DNA of 64,000 bases, taken from assembly GCA_951406725.2 (NCBI GenBank), contig OX597825.1, positions 80,352,001-80,416,000 of the forward strand, given 5' to 3'. This DNA comes from Octopus vulgaris. Lineage: Eukaryota. Below are positions 1 to 12,662 of the stretch, piece after piece. The notes below the pieces were generated by a model, which did not search any database, was not told where the DNA came from, and worked only from the letters and a program-made list of their open reading frames with translations. Made by a program: the position numbers and the translations under genes. The first letter of the stretch is position 1. Each line of letters starts with the position of its first letter.

Positions 1-175
1 TGGTTAAAAGAAGAAAAAAAAAACAGAACTAATTTAAACAGATAAGACAAGATATTTAACAAAATAAATAAATAATGGTTAAAAACAAGCAAAAAATTTA
101 AAAAAATAAGATTAAAAAATATATAATAGTTGTTTGTAGTAGTGGAAATCTATAATCAAACATCTAAATAAACAC

Positions 176-348
176 CCTTTGAGATGATGATGATGAGGAG
201 GAGGAGGAGGAAGAGGATGATGAGGAGGAGGAGGATGATGAGGAGGAGGAGGATCGAAGCTTCTGTCATCATCATCGTAGACATTGTCATTATCATCCTC
301 AAAACTGATAACATCACTAATGCTGTCATCATCCATCAACATCCTCAT
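176..348 (-). CDS. Candidate first coding portion of an exon (MRMLMDDDSISDVISFEDD...PPPPHH...HLKG), product unknown
   Basis: ATG at 348 with an in-frame stop just upstream. Possible acceptor ttttgtcag|G with exon start at 633. Only a weak donor AGG|GTGTTT at 176/175. The low-complexity part could be a degenerate trinucleotide repeat. Confidence 0.3.
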
Positions 349-693
349 CAATCACATCATCACCAATTATTAGTTTGGCCCTTTATAAAGAATTAACTTT
401 TTGAAAATCCTTTTGAGGTTTTTGATCTTTTGTTACAAACGATCCTTTTCAAGGTTGTACAAAATAAATTACAAGACTTTATACAGCAGCCAATACAAAC
501 CATCATATATACATTATATGGATTCTGTCAACTGAAATAGTAGCAGAATCACCGTAAATGTTTTTGCTCCATGGATTTTAAACAATGGTAAATCATTCTT
601 GAATATCCTCTATTTTGAAGTTCGTGAATTCACCTGACAAAAACGGCTTCTTTATAATGAAGTAATATGTTTTTATTAATCAATTAAAGGAGT

Positions 694-967
694 CATAACA
701 GATTGATACCTGTACCTGTACCTGTCTTTATATATATATATATATATATACATAGTACAAAGTAAGATAGGGGTTATGAAAGTAACCCCCTATGGGATAT
801 CAGTTATCCAATATACTTCTGGTAAATTACCCAAATATTAAAAATACATAAATGCTTTTAATTGCAATGCAATTAATTCATTTATTGTATTGAATGGGTG
901 AAGGTAAAAAATATTTTTACCATAAATATATATATATATATATATATATATTTGATACCTGTACCTG

Positions 968-1008
<41 letters not shown>

Positions 1009-1040
1009 TATAAGACAGGTACAGGTATCAATCTGTTATG
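694..1040. repeat. Inverted-repeat (fold-back) structure around (TA)n tracts
   Basis: cataacagattgatacctgtacctg(tacctg)tctt from 694 is the reverse complement of 1011-1040. An inner palindrome runs ttgatacctgtacctgtc (952-969) / gacaggtacaggtatcaa (1014-1031). Confidence 0.85.
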
Positions 1041-1189
1041 GCCATTTGTTATTCTACCAAATATATACGTTTTATTTATTATTTTGCATATTACTTAATC
1101 ATCGTTATATGTTTTATCTTGTATTCAATCTTTTTATAATATGTAATTTTTCTAAATGGTATAACTTAATTTTTCATTATTGAAAAAAG

Positions 1190-1298
1190 GAGCTTTTTTT
1201 CTAATTTATATTATATTTTGTGAAATTTGATTTAGTATTTCTAAATTGAATTTTTCCCTGTAAGTTTGGAATAATATTTCCTCATATTATTATTATTG
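1190..1298 (-). repeat. AT-rich interspersed repeat next to (ATT)n; second copy at ~61530-61610 (+)
   Basis: Both copies share tccaaacttacagggaaaaatt(c/a)aatttag following (AAT)n. Confidence 0.6.
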
Positions 1299-1469
1299 AT
1301 TGGGAAATAAGACCTAGAAACAACATCAAGTCAAAAGGTGCAGTGGTTTGGGCACATCAAATGGAATGAAAGGGTCACGTGCACATACAACCATGTTTGG
1401 AAAGACAGAAAGTCAAAAGAAGACGAGGGGAAATGGTTCCATTATTGCCGAGATCTGGACTGAGAAGAG

Positions 1470-2095
1470 ATTGTCACAGTATTGACCAGACTATCAGATG
1501 CTGTATACCTCACTGGTCACAATGTGCTTCCAATTTTGTCTAGATCGTGCTATTCTTTTCTATCTTGACCCAAATTGTCTGACTAAATCATCTTCCCGTT
1601 GTCGTGGAGGCCTTCCTTTTTGATCTCTTGGATACATCTCAGCAACTGCATGGTTCCGCCTGTCTGTGAACCGTGAGACATTCCAACTCAGCAGAACTTA
1701 CACTTTTGGTGTTCTGTAATTACATCATTCACTCTGCTCCATTCTGGAATTATTTCATTTCGAATGCACTTCCCAGGTCTCACCTGCATATAAAAGCACA
1801 GGTAGGACGGTGCTATTGAAGAGTCTGGCACATATGGAATTGTCTAGCCAAATTGTTAGCACGCTGGATGAAATGCTTAGCGATATTTTACCCATTCCTA
1901 CGTTCTGAGTTCAAATTCTGCCATGGTTGACTTTGCCTTTCATCCTTTCAGGGTCAATAAATTAAGTACCAGTGAAACACTGGGGTTGATGTAATTGACT
2001 AGTCCCCTCCACCAACATTTCAGGCCTTGTGCCTTTAGTAGAAAGGATTGTCTAGCTTTGTTTGGGGCACATCCTTCATTGAGTTAAATGTCTTC
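1470..2095 (-). mobile_element. RTE-clade LINE 3' fragment interrupted by a SINE
   Basis: Joining across the SINE gives FNSMKDVPQTKLDNSICARLFNSTVLPVLLYAGETW, and further on YPRDQKGRPPRQREDD. These are typical RTE ORF2 C-terminal motifs. Confidence 0.85.
1849..2046 (+). mobile_element. SINE family A (tRNA-like head, Deu/Nin-like core), alternative tail
   Basis: B-box-like gagttcaaatt and core gactttgcctttcatcctttcagggtcaataaattaagtaccag. TSD attgtctagc at 1839-1848 and 2047-2056. Confidence 0.9.
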
Positions 2096-2529
2096 TGTCT
2101 TGTTGAGGCTGAAGTGTGGAAAATCTCAATAGCAGCAGCAGTATTATCACAGGTGGGTTAGTATGAAAAGAGTTAACGATAAGATCACATATGTAAGACC
2201 TACATTTTAGGACACCAATCTTACAATGAAAACAGGCTTGTCGTGATAATAATGGCTTCAATCAGCTCCTTTGATAGCACAAATTTACTCAAGCAGAACA
2301 GAATAGTGTTGTTTATCAACTTTTATTGTTGTTTTATTAAATCATTGTTGTAATTGTTGCTTAGAACCAAATCAGTCATGATTGTGCAGGTCTATGGATC
2401 AAAGACATTCCAGTGGTGACTTTCCTGTTCATTTTTATATATATCAAGGGCAGAGCTATTCAAATGGTGCACTGCAGCACACTGCAAGATGTATGTATGT
2501 ACAGCATACACTTTTAAAAATAATCCATG

Positions 2530-2948
2530 CTAGTGGAGCGCTGAGAGCACCATCAGAGCGTGATCGTTGCCAGAACAGCTAACTGGCTTCCGTGCCAGTG
2601 GCACGTAAAAAGCACCATTCAAGTGTGATCGTTACCTGCGTCGCCTTACTGGCATGTGAAAAAACATTTGAGCGAGGTCGTTGCCAGTGCTGCTGGACTG
2701 GCTCCTTTACAGGTGGCACGTAATAAACACCATTTGAGCGTGACTATTGCCAGTACTGCCTGACTGGCACGTAAAAGCACCCACTACATTCTCGGAGTGG
2801 TTGGCATTAGGAAAGGCATCCAGCTGTAGAAATTCTGCCAGATCAAGATTGGAGCTTGATGCAGCCATCTGGTTTGCCAGTCCTCGGTCAAATCGTCCAA
2901 CCCATGCTAGCATGGAAAGCAGACGTTAAACGATGATGATGATGATGA
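2530..2948 (+). mobile_element. SINE-like family C with internal tandem units and (GAT)n tail
   Basis: About 4 units containing gccag..actggc..acgtaaaaagcacc, then ggttggcattaggaaaggcatccagctgtag, ccatgctagcatgg and gacgttaaacgatgatgat. Other copies occur in the window. Confidence 0.85.
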
Positions 2949-3983
2949 ATTTAAAGCTTTACAAAATTTGTACCAACACTTCATCAGGTTGAAAAATATT
3001 ATTCATAATTTTGTTATACACAAGTTTGATTAATAAAATAAAGATAAGCAATTGTCCTCATTATAATGTTTATAGCCCATAATTGACTGAGATATGTCCT
3101 GTCACTTGTATGATTCGGGAACATCAACACAGACCGTTTGGTCAGGTTGCTTGATTTTCCGAATTGAACCCTGTGTATCATGTTCTCTTCTCTGAGGATC
3201 TGGCTGAGGAGACAGCTTGTGTTGGTTGGTCAGTCAGATGCCATGTGGTCACAATCAATGAGGAAATATCATGTGGAGACGGAGACTGACTTGGGACACT
3301 AGCTGGACACTAGCTGCTCAGGATGACCTGAGCAGAAACTCACAAATGGTGGATGCAGCAAACACACTGCACCATTTCCCCATATCTCGCCTGACCTGGT
3401 AAGGTCTGTCTTTCACATCAGCATGGATTGAGAGGAAGAACTGCATCAAGTGCCATTCAGCTCCTATTTGCTCTGGCATGGTAACAAGGTCACCATGTAA
3501 TTCACATTAAGATCTTCTTTGACTGATTTGGGCTACAGAGGTTTAAAGTATGAAGGAAAGGGGCCAGAACAGGGTATTTACTGGACAGAAGATAGGTGGC
3601 TTTATTAAGCATAGGTTTTTATATTTTTATTTCTTAAATTTTAATCGCTTTTTTTTTGTTTTACATCATAAGAATTAAGAACCTAAGAGAATTAAACTAA
3701 ATAGTCTTTTATTTCACAGCGTAACTTGAAGTAGATAAAATCTATAGAATATTGGGTTAAAAAAGCCCCTTGGATGGAAGAAGTCAGCAACCACCTGTAA
3801 GACAGTTGCAGTAAGCATGACAGATGTTCAACCATTTTACCAGAACAAAAAAATCTATTTAACCCATAGATAGGATCCTGATAGGTACTACCATTCCAGG
3901 TCAGAACAGATCTGGAAATAATGGTAATTAAGGGTCAACTCCAGAACTCCCAAGCTGGAACCTCACCACCGGATGCAGTTTAA

Positions 3984-4204
3984 CCCTTTTATTACCATAT
4001 TTCTGTTGGGATGCTCTGTGTTTCTTTCAATTAATTTTAAATATAACAAAAATTTAGCAAAATCACTTCATTATCATTAAGCTTGTGTTAGGAACGTAAA
4101 TTGTGACAAAGGTTTGGTGGAAGATTTTAATTCAAAACTTATGAAAACAAGACATTTGTACTACAAAGCCAGAGGCAGTTTCAGCAGGGTTGGTATTGAA
4201 AGGG
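3984..4204. mobile_element. piggyBac-like MITE (family E)
   Basis: TTAA then cccttttattacca...tggtattgaaaggg. Internal sequence is shared with 7163-7320. Confidence 0.75.
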
Positions 4205-4582
4205 TTGTCATACATGAGCGATCAGTTTAGAAGGCATGCTTAATGGAAAAAGAAACAGAAGCAAGTAACCTAAGAGATGGAGAGACAATATCACAGCATG
4301 GACAAGTTTCAACAAAGTTTCCCTGAATGCCCTAACCAAAGATTGAACACTTTGGAGGCAACTGTCTCATGTCAGTATGCATTCTCCCAGAGATGGGGAC
4401 AGAGAAAAATGACTTTATTCTGTGTACTGTGCACGTGTACTTTTGGCCTTCATTGCCAACTTCTTTATTGCTGCTTTGTCTCCACCATTTAATCTTTTCT
4501 GTTGAGTTGTAATCCACCTCAGCACTGCATACAATAAGCTCATCATCACCATCATCATTACCATCACCATCACCACCAATAC

Positions 4583-4813
4583 CTATTTCTTTACTACCCA
4601 CAAGGGTCCAAACACAGAGAGGACAAACAAGGACAGACAAACGAATTAAATCGATTATATCGACCCCAGTGCGTAACTGGTATTTAATTTATCGACCCTG
4701 AAAGGATGAAAGGCAAAGTCGACCTCGGCGGAATTTAAACTCAGAACGTAACGGCAGACGAAATACCGCTAAGCATTTCACCCAGCGTGCTAACATTTCT
4801 GCCAGCTCACCAC
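4583..4813 (-). mobile_element. SINE family A, full length
   Basis: Matches the other family A copies along its whole length (head, core, tail gtagtaaagaaatag). Confidence 0.9.
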
Positions 4814-5949
4814 CAATACCAACACTACCACCACCACCACCACCACCATCACCATCATCATCATTACTGGTATAAATTTTACAAACACAAGACAAATGCA
4901 AAGTAAGGTTACATTTGGTAGAATTTGAACGCACAACAGAGAAATACTGAACTAGATAACGAAAAAAACATCCAGGGCAGCTCCACACTATTCGTTAATG
5001 AAAACCCAAACATGCATTTTCCCATCATTAAAGCAGATTACAATGCAGTAATTAAAGTAATTAACAGAAGCAGAGGGAGGAGGGAGTTCAGATAATTATT
5101 ATGTACTGTTTATGAAGATACTATATACATACATACATATATATGCACACATGACATACATTGATGTTTGTGAGAGTGTGATAATGAAAAAGGAAAATAT
5201 TCTGGACAGCACTCCCTGGAATGAAGGATAACTAACAAAATAAATATTTATTCAGTCATGAAAACAAATTATTTTCTTTAGCTAACATGAAAAATTTATT
5301 TCTCACAGTCTTCCTTAACTATTATCAAATATTACACACCCAAGTTGTGCAAGGATAAACAATTTTTTTTTTCATTAATCAACTTTTTTTTTTCAGTTGA
5401 GAATGCCAAGAAATAAGATGGAAATAAAGAACAACAAGAAAAAAAGGTTACCATAGTTCTTGGTGTCCGAGGAGGAGAGTATATATGGCCCTGTGGTCCT
5501 TTGTCCCCGGCGCTTTGCATTTATGGTGTCAATGCAATGCCAGTCAATATCCTCAGAAGATCTGGCCGATATCTAATACAGACAGATGGTGACTTTCAAA
5601 AAGAAATGTACGTTTTGTTGCGTATGGCCCACAATAGATGTTTCATTGTGTATGGCCCACAATGCATAATGAACCAAGGGGATTTGAACTGAAAACCCTT
5701 AAAGCTGGTAGTTTGTCATTTCTTCTTTTGTTAACATCCATTTTTCCATGCTTGCATGGATCAGATGGAATTCACTGAGGCAGATTTTCTATGGCTAGTG
5801 CCTTTCCTGTAACCAACCCTCAACCTTTCCCAAATAAGGTAATATTTACCTATGCCCAGACATATTTCCATGGAAGATGGGAAACGAATGACATGATTCA
5901 TATAACAGTGACAACCTTTTCGCAACTATCATATGATCTCAAGACATGA

Positions 5950-6047
5950 AGTCGGTCTCGGCAGAATTTGAACTCAGAATGTAACGGCAGACGAAATACC
6001 ACTAAGCATTTCGCCTGGCGTGCTAACGATTCTGCCAGCTCGCCGCC
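5950..6047 (-). mobile_element. SINE family A 5' fragment
   Basis: Reverse complement of ggcggcgagctggcagaatcgttagcacg...gagttcaaattc. Confidence 0.8.
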
Positions 6048-6074
6048 CTTGTTGAAATATAATATCAATTACAC

Positions 6075-6410
6075 TTGCTTTAGTCATTGCATTAGAGCCA
6101 TGCTGGAGCACTACTTTGTAGGGTTAGTCAAACAAATTAACATTTGTACTTACAGTAAGTCTGGCATGTATTTTATCAGTCTCTTTTGGCTGAACTGTTA
6201 AGTCACAGGAATGTTAACAGACTAACACCAGTTGTCGAGCAATGAGAGGGAGGGAGAATAAACAAACAAAAACACACATATATAGGAATGTAAGCAGGAT
6301 TCTACACAGTTTCCTTCTACCAAATTCACTCACAAGGTATTGGTCAGTCCACGGACTTGGACCCAAAACCACATGGTTGCAATGCAAACTTGTTAACCAC
6401 ACAGCCACGC
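6075..6410 (-). mobile_element. SINE family B, degraded with internal deletion
   Basis: Similar to 11151-11585 (ggctgtgtggtt, gtgagtgaatttggtag, ccagcatggc). Confidence 0.65.
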
Positions 6411-7162
6411 CAATATTCTAACTAAAATCATTTCAAGTCTTTTACTCATGGAAGAAATATCCAAACACAAATATAATTAAAAAACCACATTGTGTTTCCA
6501 TTGATCCATAATTGAAAGAATTTCATTTCTCTAATGTTACTAATGGCTCTGGAAACAGTTATATAATTCCACTGTCCACATTTACTCCACCCTAAAAACC
6601 GAAGTCCTTGGCGCCAATTCAGAACTTGATATTTTATGTATCTCATCATGCATGATAAATAGTGTCAATTGCCTTTTTTATTTCCCATCAAACACATTCC
6701 AAATGAAGACAGACAGCCATAACTGGAAACCAGAAACCAGAGTACAAAGTGAACTCAACTCAACAGGAGACTTTGCAGGACTAATGAATTTTGATAGACA
6801 GAAACTTTAAAGATCACTCGCTTGCATGCACGCACATGCACACACACATACACACACACTATAATCCTACTTAGCCATTGACAGTACTGATTGTTCTAGA
6901 ACTAAATACATTTATACATTGTAAAATTAGTAAGGTCTAACGATGAGGAGATGCTTCTAAGAACATAAATTAACATGAAATTTTAATAGAAGTTTTTAAT
7001 TTAGATTACTTTAAACACATCTCTACATTTGGGCAGATAGAGATTAGAAGCAGTTGAAAGGGTGTGGATTGAAGGAAATTTAGGCTATTATTTCTAGCAT
7101 ATAGAGTGACCACACTGAGGTCTCCTTCTCTTATGTCTTCTGTTGATTATTTTTCTTATTAA

Positions 7163-7320
7163 CCCTTTTGTTACCATATTTCTTAATTATCATTAAGCTA
7201 GTGTTAGGAACATAAATTGTGACTAAGGTTTGGTGGAAGATTTTAATTCAAAACTTATAAAAACAAGACATTTGTACTACAGAGCCAGAGGCAGTTTCAG
7301 CCGGGTTGGTAACAAAAGGG
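7163..7320. mobile_element. piggyBac-like MITE (family E), followed by an older relative at ~7325-7545
   Basis: Perfect 14-bp TIR cccttttgttacca/tggtaacaaaaggg with TTAA on both sides (7159-7162, 7321-7324). Confidence 0.9.
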
Positions 7321-7986
7321 TTAACCCCTTTTTTTTTTTACCATATTTCTGACACTGCCTTTGTTTCAATTAATTTTGAAAACCATGAAGAACTCAATGA
7401 AATTATTTTGTCTTTATTAAGCTGGTGTTTGCAATATAGATTAACATGAAAGCTTGATGGTAAGTTGTAGCTTAATTCCATTTAAAAGAGGAATTATGTA
7501 TCAGAGATCCTGGGGTAATCTCAGACCGGTTGAAATCTAAATGGTATCATTATCATCATTTAGCATCCATGTTTATTGCTGGTATATAATAAGTTGCACT
7601 GTTTTGACAGGATCCAACAAGTCTAAAGACTGCTTTGTGCACCACTGCCTACTTTAGCACGGTTTCTATGGTTGGATGCACTGGGTGTGTACGGGGTGCT
7701 TTTTCATGCACCATCACTAGTGAGGTTGCTGCACAGCTTGCATGCCCCAAAACCCTGAAAGAGGTGATTTTAAGCCAGATGAGGGGGTTTAAGGACAAGA
7801 ATAAATGCCAGAGTAAAACTGGTAAAGAATAATTATAATTCTTTCTAATTTTGGCATAAGATCATCAGTTTTAGGAGAAAGGGATTAGTCAATTACACAA
7901 AAGCCCAGTGCTCAACTGGTCCTTATTTTATCAACCCCCAAAAGGATGAAAGCCAAAGTCAACCTCAGTGGTATTTAAACTCAGAA

Positions 7987-8220
7987 GGCGGCAAGCTGGC
8001 AGAATCGTTAGCACGCCGGGCGAAATGCGTAGCCATATTTCGTCTGCCGTTACGTTTCGAGTTCAAATTCCGCCAAGGTCGACTTTGTCTTTCATCCTTT
8101 CAGGGTCGATAAATTAAGTACCAGTTACGCGCTGGGGGTCGATATAATCGACTAAATCCGTTTGTCTGTCCTTTGTTTGTCCCCTCTGTGTTTAACCCCT
8201 TGTGGGTAGTAAAGAAATAG
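7987..8220 (+). mobile_element. SINE family A inserted into an older antisense family A copy (~7840-8290)
   Basis: TSD gtatttaaact(c/t)agaa at 7971-7986 and 8221-8236. Confidence 0.9.
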
Positions 8221-8865
8221 GTATTTAAACTTAGAATGTAAAGAGCTGGAAGAACTCAGCATTTTGTCTAGTACACTAACCAAAGCACCAAGCAAGAAAT
8301 AGATCAAGAAATAGACAATCAACTTGGGAGGGGCGGGGTTAATCTTTTCAATTAAAATTGAAATGTTGGAGGTCATTCTCTAAGCTATTCCTCAGACAAT
8401 AAACACAACTAGAAACCAAACTTTGGCCACACACTTACTCCAATGAGAGTTTCTTTATTCCATATTCTTAACAATAATTACCACACGCATACATAGATTC
8501 TATTACATTTTAAATTACAACGTATTATTCCCTTCTGTGAAAATATCAGACCATTCTTGGGACCCACCAACCGCGTTCTTTACATTGCAGCAATATATAA
8601 ACGCTGCTCTTTATTTTTTAATTAATTACTTCAGTCACCCTTGGTTTGAAAATAATTCCATATTGGAAATAAAACCATGATATAACAATAGAAATGGTCT
8701 GGTTATAACAAACCTAATCTCAATTCAAAATAAAGGAGGAGGTTGTTACTGTTGATTAGATTCAGTCCAGATCAGCTCTGATCAAGATCTATGATCAAAA
8801 ACATTCCAACAGTGACCACCCATCCTTTTATTTTCTTTTTAGGCATATATCTAAGACTACCATAT

Positions 8866-9253
8866 TCCTTTCTACTGTAAGCACAAGGCCTGAAATTTTG
8901 GGGGAGCGAGTAAGTCAACTACATCAACCCCGGTACTTGATTTATCGACCCCGAAAGGATGAAAGGCAAAGTTGATCTCGGTGGAATTTGAACTCACAAC
9001 GTAAAGACAGACGAAATACCTATTTCTTTACTATCCACAAGGGCTAAACACAGAGAGGACAAACAAGGACAGACAAATGGATTAAGTCGATTATATCGAC
9101 CCCAGTGCGTAACTGGTACTTAATTTATCGATCCCGAAAGGATGAAAGGCAAAGTCGACCTTGGTGGAATTTGAACTCAGAACGTAAAGACAGACGAAAT
9201 ACCGCTAAGCATTTCGCCCAGGGTGCTACCAATTCTGCCAGCTCGCCCCCTTA
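8866..9253 (-). mobile_element. SINE family A dimer
   Basis: Two cores with junction aaagaaatag|gtatttcgtctg. TSD ctaagactac(c/t)atat at 8851-8865 and 9254-9268. Confidence 0.88.
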
Positions 9254-10104
9254 CTAAGACTACTATATCATTTATCTAATGGATTATTGTAGTTAATAAG
9301 TTTGCTTCCCAGACAAATGGTTTCAAGTTGTCTCCCTGTGTAGTACATGGGGTGTTTTCTACTATAGCCCCAGTGCCAACCAAAGCTTTCTGAAAAAGGA
9401 AACTGAAAGAAGCCTGTTATGTGTCTATGCTAGTATCTCCTTGTTCTGACATTGCATGATAGTTGCAAACAAGTATCACCACTATACAAGTGATATTATT
9501 CATTTCCAATCTTCAAAGAAAAACATGTCTGGTTAGGTCGAGCATTTTACCTTATTTGGAAATAGGTGAGGGGGTGGCAACAGGAAGAGAATCCAGTCAT
9601 AGAAAATCTGCATCAACAAGTCAAATTCCATCCAACCCATGCAAGCATGGAAAAGTGGATATTAAAATGATGTCGATAAGATATTACTGCTATTTTTAGC
9701 AGGTTGGGTGGCCACATAGAATTTCCCTTCTGTTGACTAATTCAAAACAAAGATATGTTGTGACATCTGGCGAAAGTGACTAATAAAACAACTGGCTGTG
9801 GCACTAGCAATCCAATACCAAATACTATTTGGCTACTTTTTATGTATTCAGAATTATTTATGATTATTCTCTCAATCATGCTTCTTCCATTGTTATATGA
9901 CCCTGACCATATCATTTCAGTTCTACTGTAAGACAATATCCGGTATCAATTTCCACCCACTTTCCTTTTTTCTAAGACACCTAATACATCACAAGACACT
10001 CAATATATCATAAGACACCCAACATGTCATAAGACATTTAATTTCTTAAGTGATTCAAGCTGTACATCCACAAAACTAAGACAGTTTCACTTTTATCTAT
10101 ATTT

Positions 10105-10336
10105 ATCTCTTTATTGCCCACAGGGGAGCTAAAAATAGAGGGGACAAACGAGGACAGACAAACGGATTAAGTCAATTATATCGACACCAGTACATAACTG
10201 GTACTTATTTAATCGACCCTGAAAGGATGAAAAGCAAAGTCGACCTCGGCGGAATTTGAACTCAGAACGTAACGGCAGACGAAATACCGCTAAGCATTTC
10301 GTCCGGCATGCTAACGATTCTGCCAGCTCGCCACCC
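10105..10336 (-). mobile_element. SINE family A
   Basis: Full-length match to the family consensus seen in this window. Confidence 0.9.
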
Positions 10337-10591
10337 TAAATCTATTATCTATATTTGGTAAATCATCTAGTCTCTTTGACCAAATGGTAGTCATGTGATA
10401 TCATTACATCACATGACTCTTAGTACATGTTTATCCTTCACATAATGGACATGTTGCGAAGTCAAAGCCTAGTGGTTAGCATACTAGATATTAGGCTTAT
10501 GACCATAGAGGTCATGAGTTCAATTCCTGGACCAAACCAAGCAACATGTCATGTCCTTGGGCAACATCATTTCACATTGCTCTTCCACACT

Positions 10592-10732
10592 ATCATCATC
10601 ATCGTTTAACGTCCGTTTTCCATGCTAGCATGGGTTGGACGGTTCAACTGGGGTCTGGAAAGCCAGTAGGCTGCGCCAGGCCCAGTCTGATCGGGCAGTG
10701 TTTCTACAGCTGGATGCCCTTCCTAACGCCAA
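10592..10732 (-). mobile_element. SINE-like family C, 3' part
   Basis: catcatcgtttaacgtccgttttccatgctagcatggg...ggatgcccttcctaacgccaacc. Confidence 0.85.
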
Positions 10733-11150
10733 CCTAACGTCAAGGATAGGAATGCCAACAGAGTGTCTATATCTGCTCGTGACTACACAGGCAGCTAAAA
10801 CAGTTAGTGAAAGTATGGTACACACTATCAAGTCACACTCTCGTGAGTGGCAACTAAACTTCACTACCACCATTTCTATCATATATATATATATATATAG
10901 CTCAGAGGTTCTCAATATGGGTAGTACCACCCCCAAGGGGATGCTGGACATGTCGAAGGGGCTGAGAGGTAACAATAATTAGCATACTAAATTTTACCTA
11001 TAGCAGTAATTACATTATACATGATAAAACTAGTAATGGGCAATCCATCATACCAACCCAAGTACTTGACTGGTACTTATTACCCCTGGAGGGATGAAAG
11101 GCAAAGTCATCCTTCACAGAATTCGATCTCAGAATGTAAAGAACTGGAAC

Positions 11151-11324
11151 GAGTGGCTGTGTGGTAAGTAGCATGCTTACCAACCACATGGTTCCGGGTT
11201 CAGTCCCACTGCGTGGAAACTTGGGCAAGTGTCTTCTACTATAGCCTCGGGCTGATCAAAGCCTTGTGGGTGGATTTGGTAGATGGAAACTGAAAGAAGC
11301 CCGTCGTATATATGCATGTGTGTA

Positions 11325-11356
<32 letters not shown>

Positions 11357-11585
11357 TGTGTGTGTGTATGTTTGTGTGTCTGTGTTTGTCCCCCCAACAT
11401 CGCTTGACAACCGCTGCTGGCGAGTTTACGTCCCCGTAACTTAGCGGTTCGGCAAAAGTAACCGATAGAATAAGCACTAGGCTTACAAAAAGTAAGTCCT
11501 GGGGAGTCGATTTGCTCGACTAATAGCGGTGCTCCAGCGTGGCCACAGTCAAATGACTAAAACAAGTAAAAGCGTAAATAAGAGT
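11151..11585 (+). mobile_element. SINE family B (tRNA-like head, CORE-like box, internal (TG)n)
   Basis: gagtggctgtgtggtaag (A-box-like), gggttcagtccc (B-box-like), ttgggcaagtgtctt, tail aaacaagtaaaag. Near-identical copies at 36346 and 40083. Confidence 0.9.
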
Positions 11586-12188
11586 AAATAATATAAGACA
11601 TCCAACACAAATGATTCTGTCAGATCACAACCTTAACAACAACAACAACATGACAACAACAGCCAGTTGTTGAGGAGGTGAAACATGGCCCCTGATGAAA
11701 CACTGTTGATGGGAATTCGAAATTAAACATGACTGACAATCATTTTTGTATGAAAAGAAAAGGGGACCGGGGCGAAATATGTGAAGAAAGGCGTTCATGG
11801 AATAGAATTAGATGTAAAGATATGATATGGCAGACAAAAAAAATCACCTCCACCAAAAAAAACCAAAAAAAACCCGAATAAAATAGAGGGGTGCAAGATA
11901 GGCAGAGACAGGGGTTAGGGCCCATATATGTATGTACATAGGCATTCACTTTCATTTGGGTATTTTGTAAGGTAGAGAAATGGAGTGTGCACAATGTAAA
12001 CCTTTTTTGAACATTGGTTTGTAAAATAAATACCATATGTTTAAATGACTTTTTAAAATAATGTAGAAAATATGAATTAAATAAATAAATGTGGGACGAA
12101 AATGTCTAGGTTAAACCCAGCCTGAATAAACACCTCTGATTTTATATACACACCACGCACGCGCGCGTATACACATATACATACTGAC

Positions 12189-12648
<460 letters not shown>

Positions 12649-12662
12649 TAACAATGAGTCAC

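Noticed and set aside
2540-2790. CRISPR-like repeat/spacer array
   Set aside because: The units are imperfect tandem copies without unique spacers, inside a eukaryotic retroelement, and there are no cas genes.
11690-11725. CTGATGA...CGAAA hammerhead candidate (also at 17398)
   Set aside because: No stem II or stem III pairing and no correctly placed cleavage triplet.
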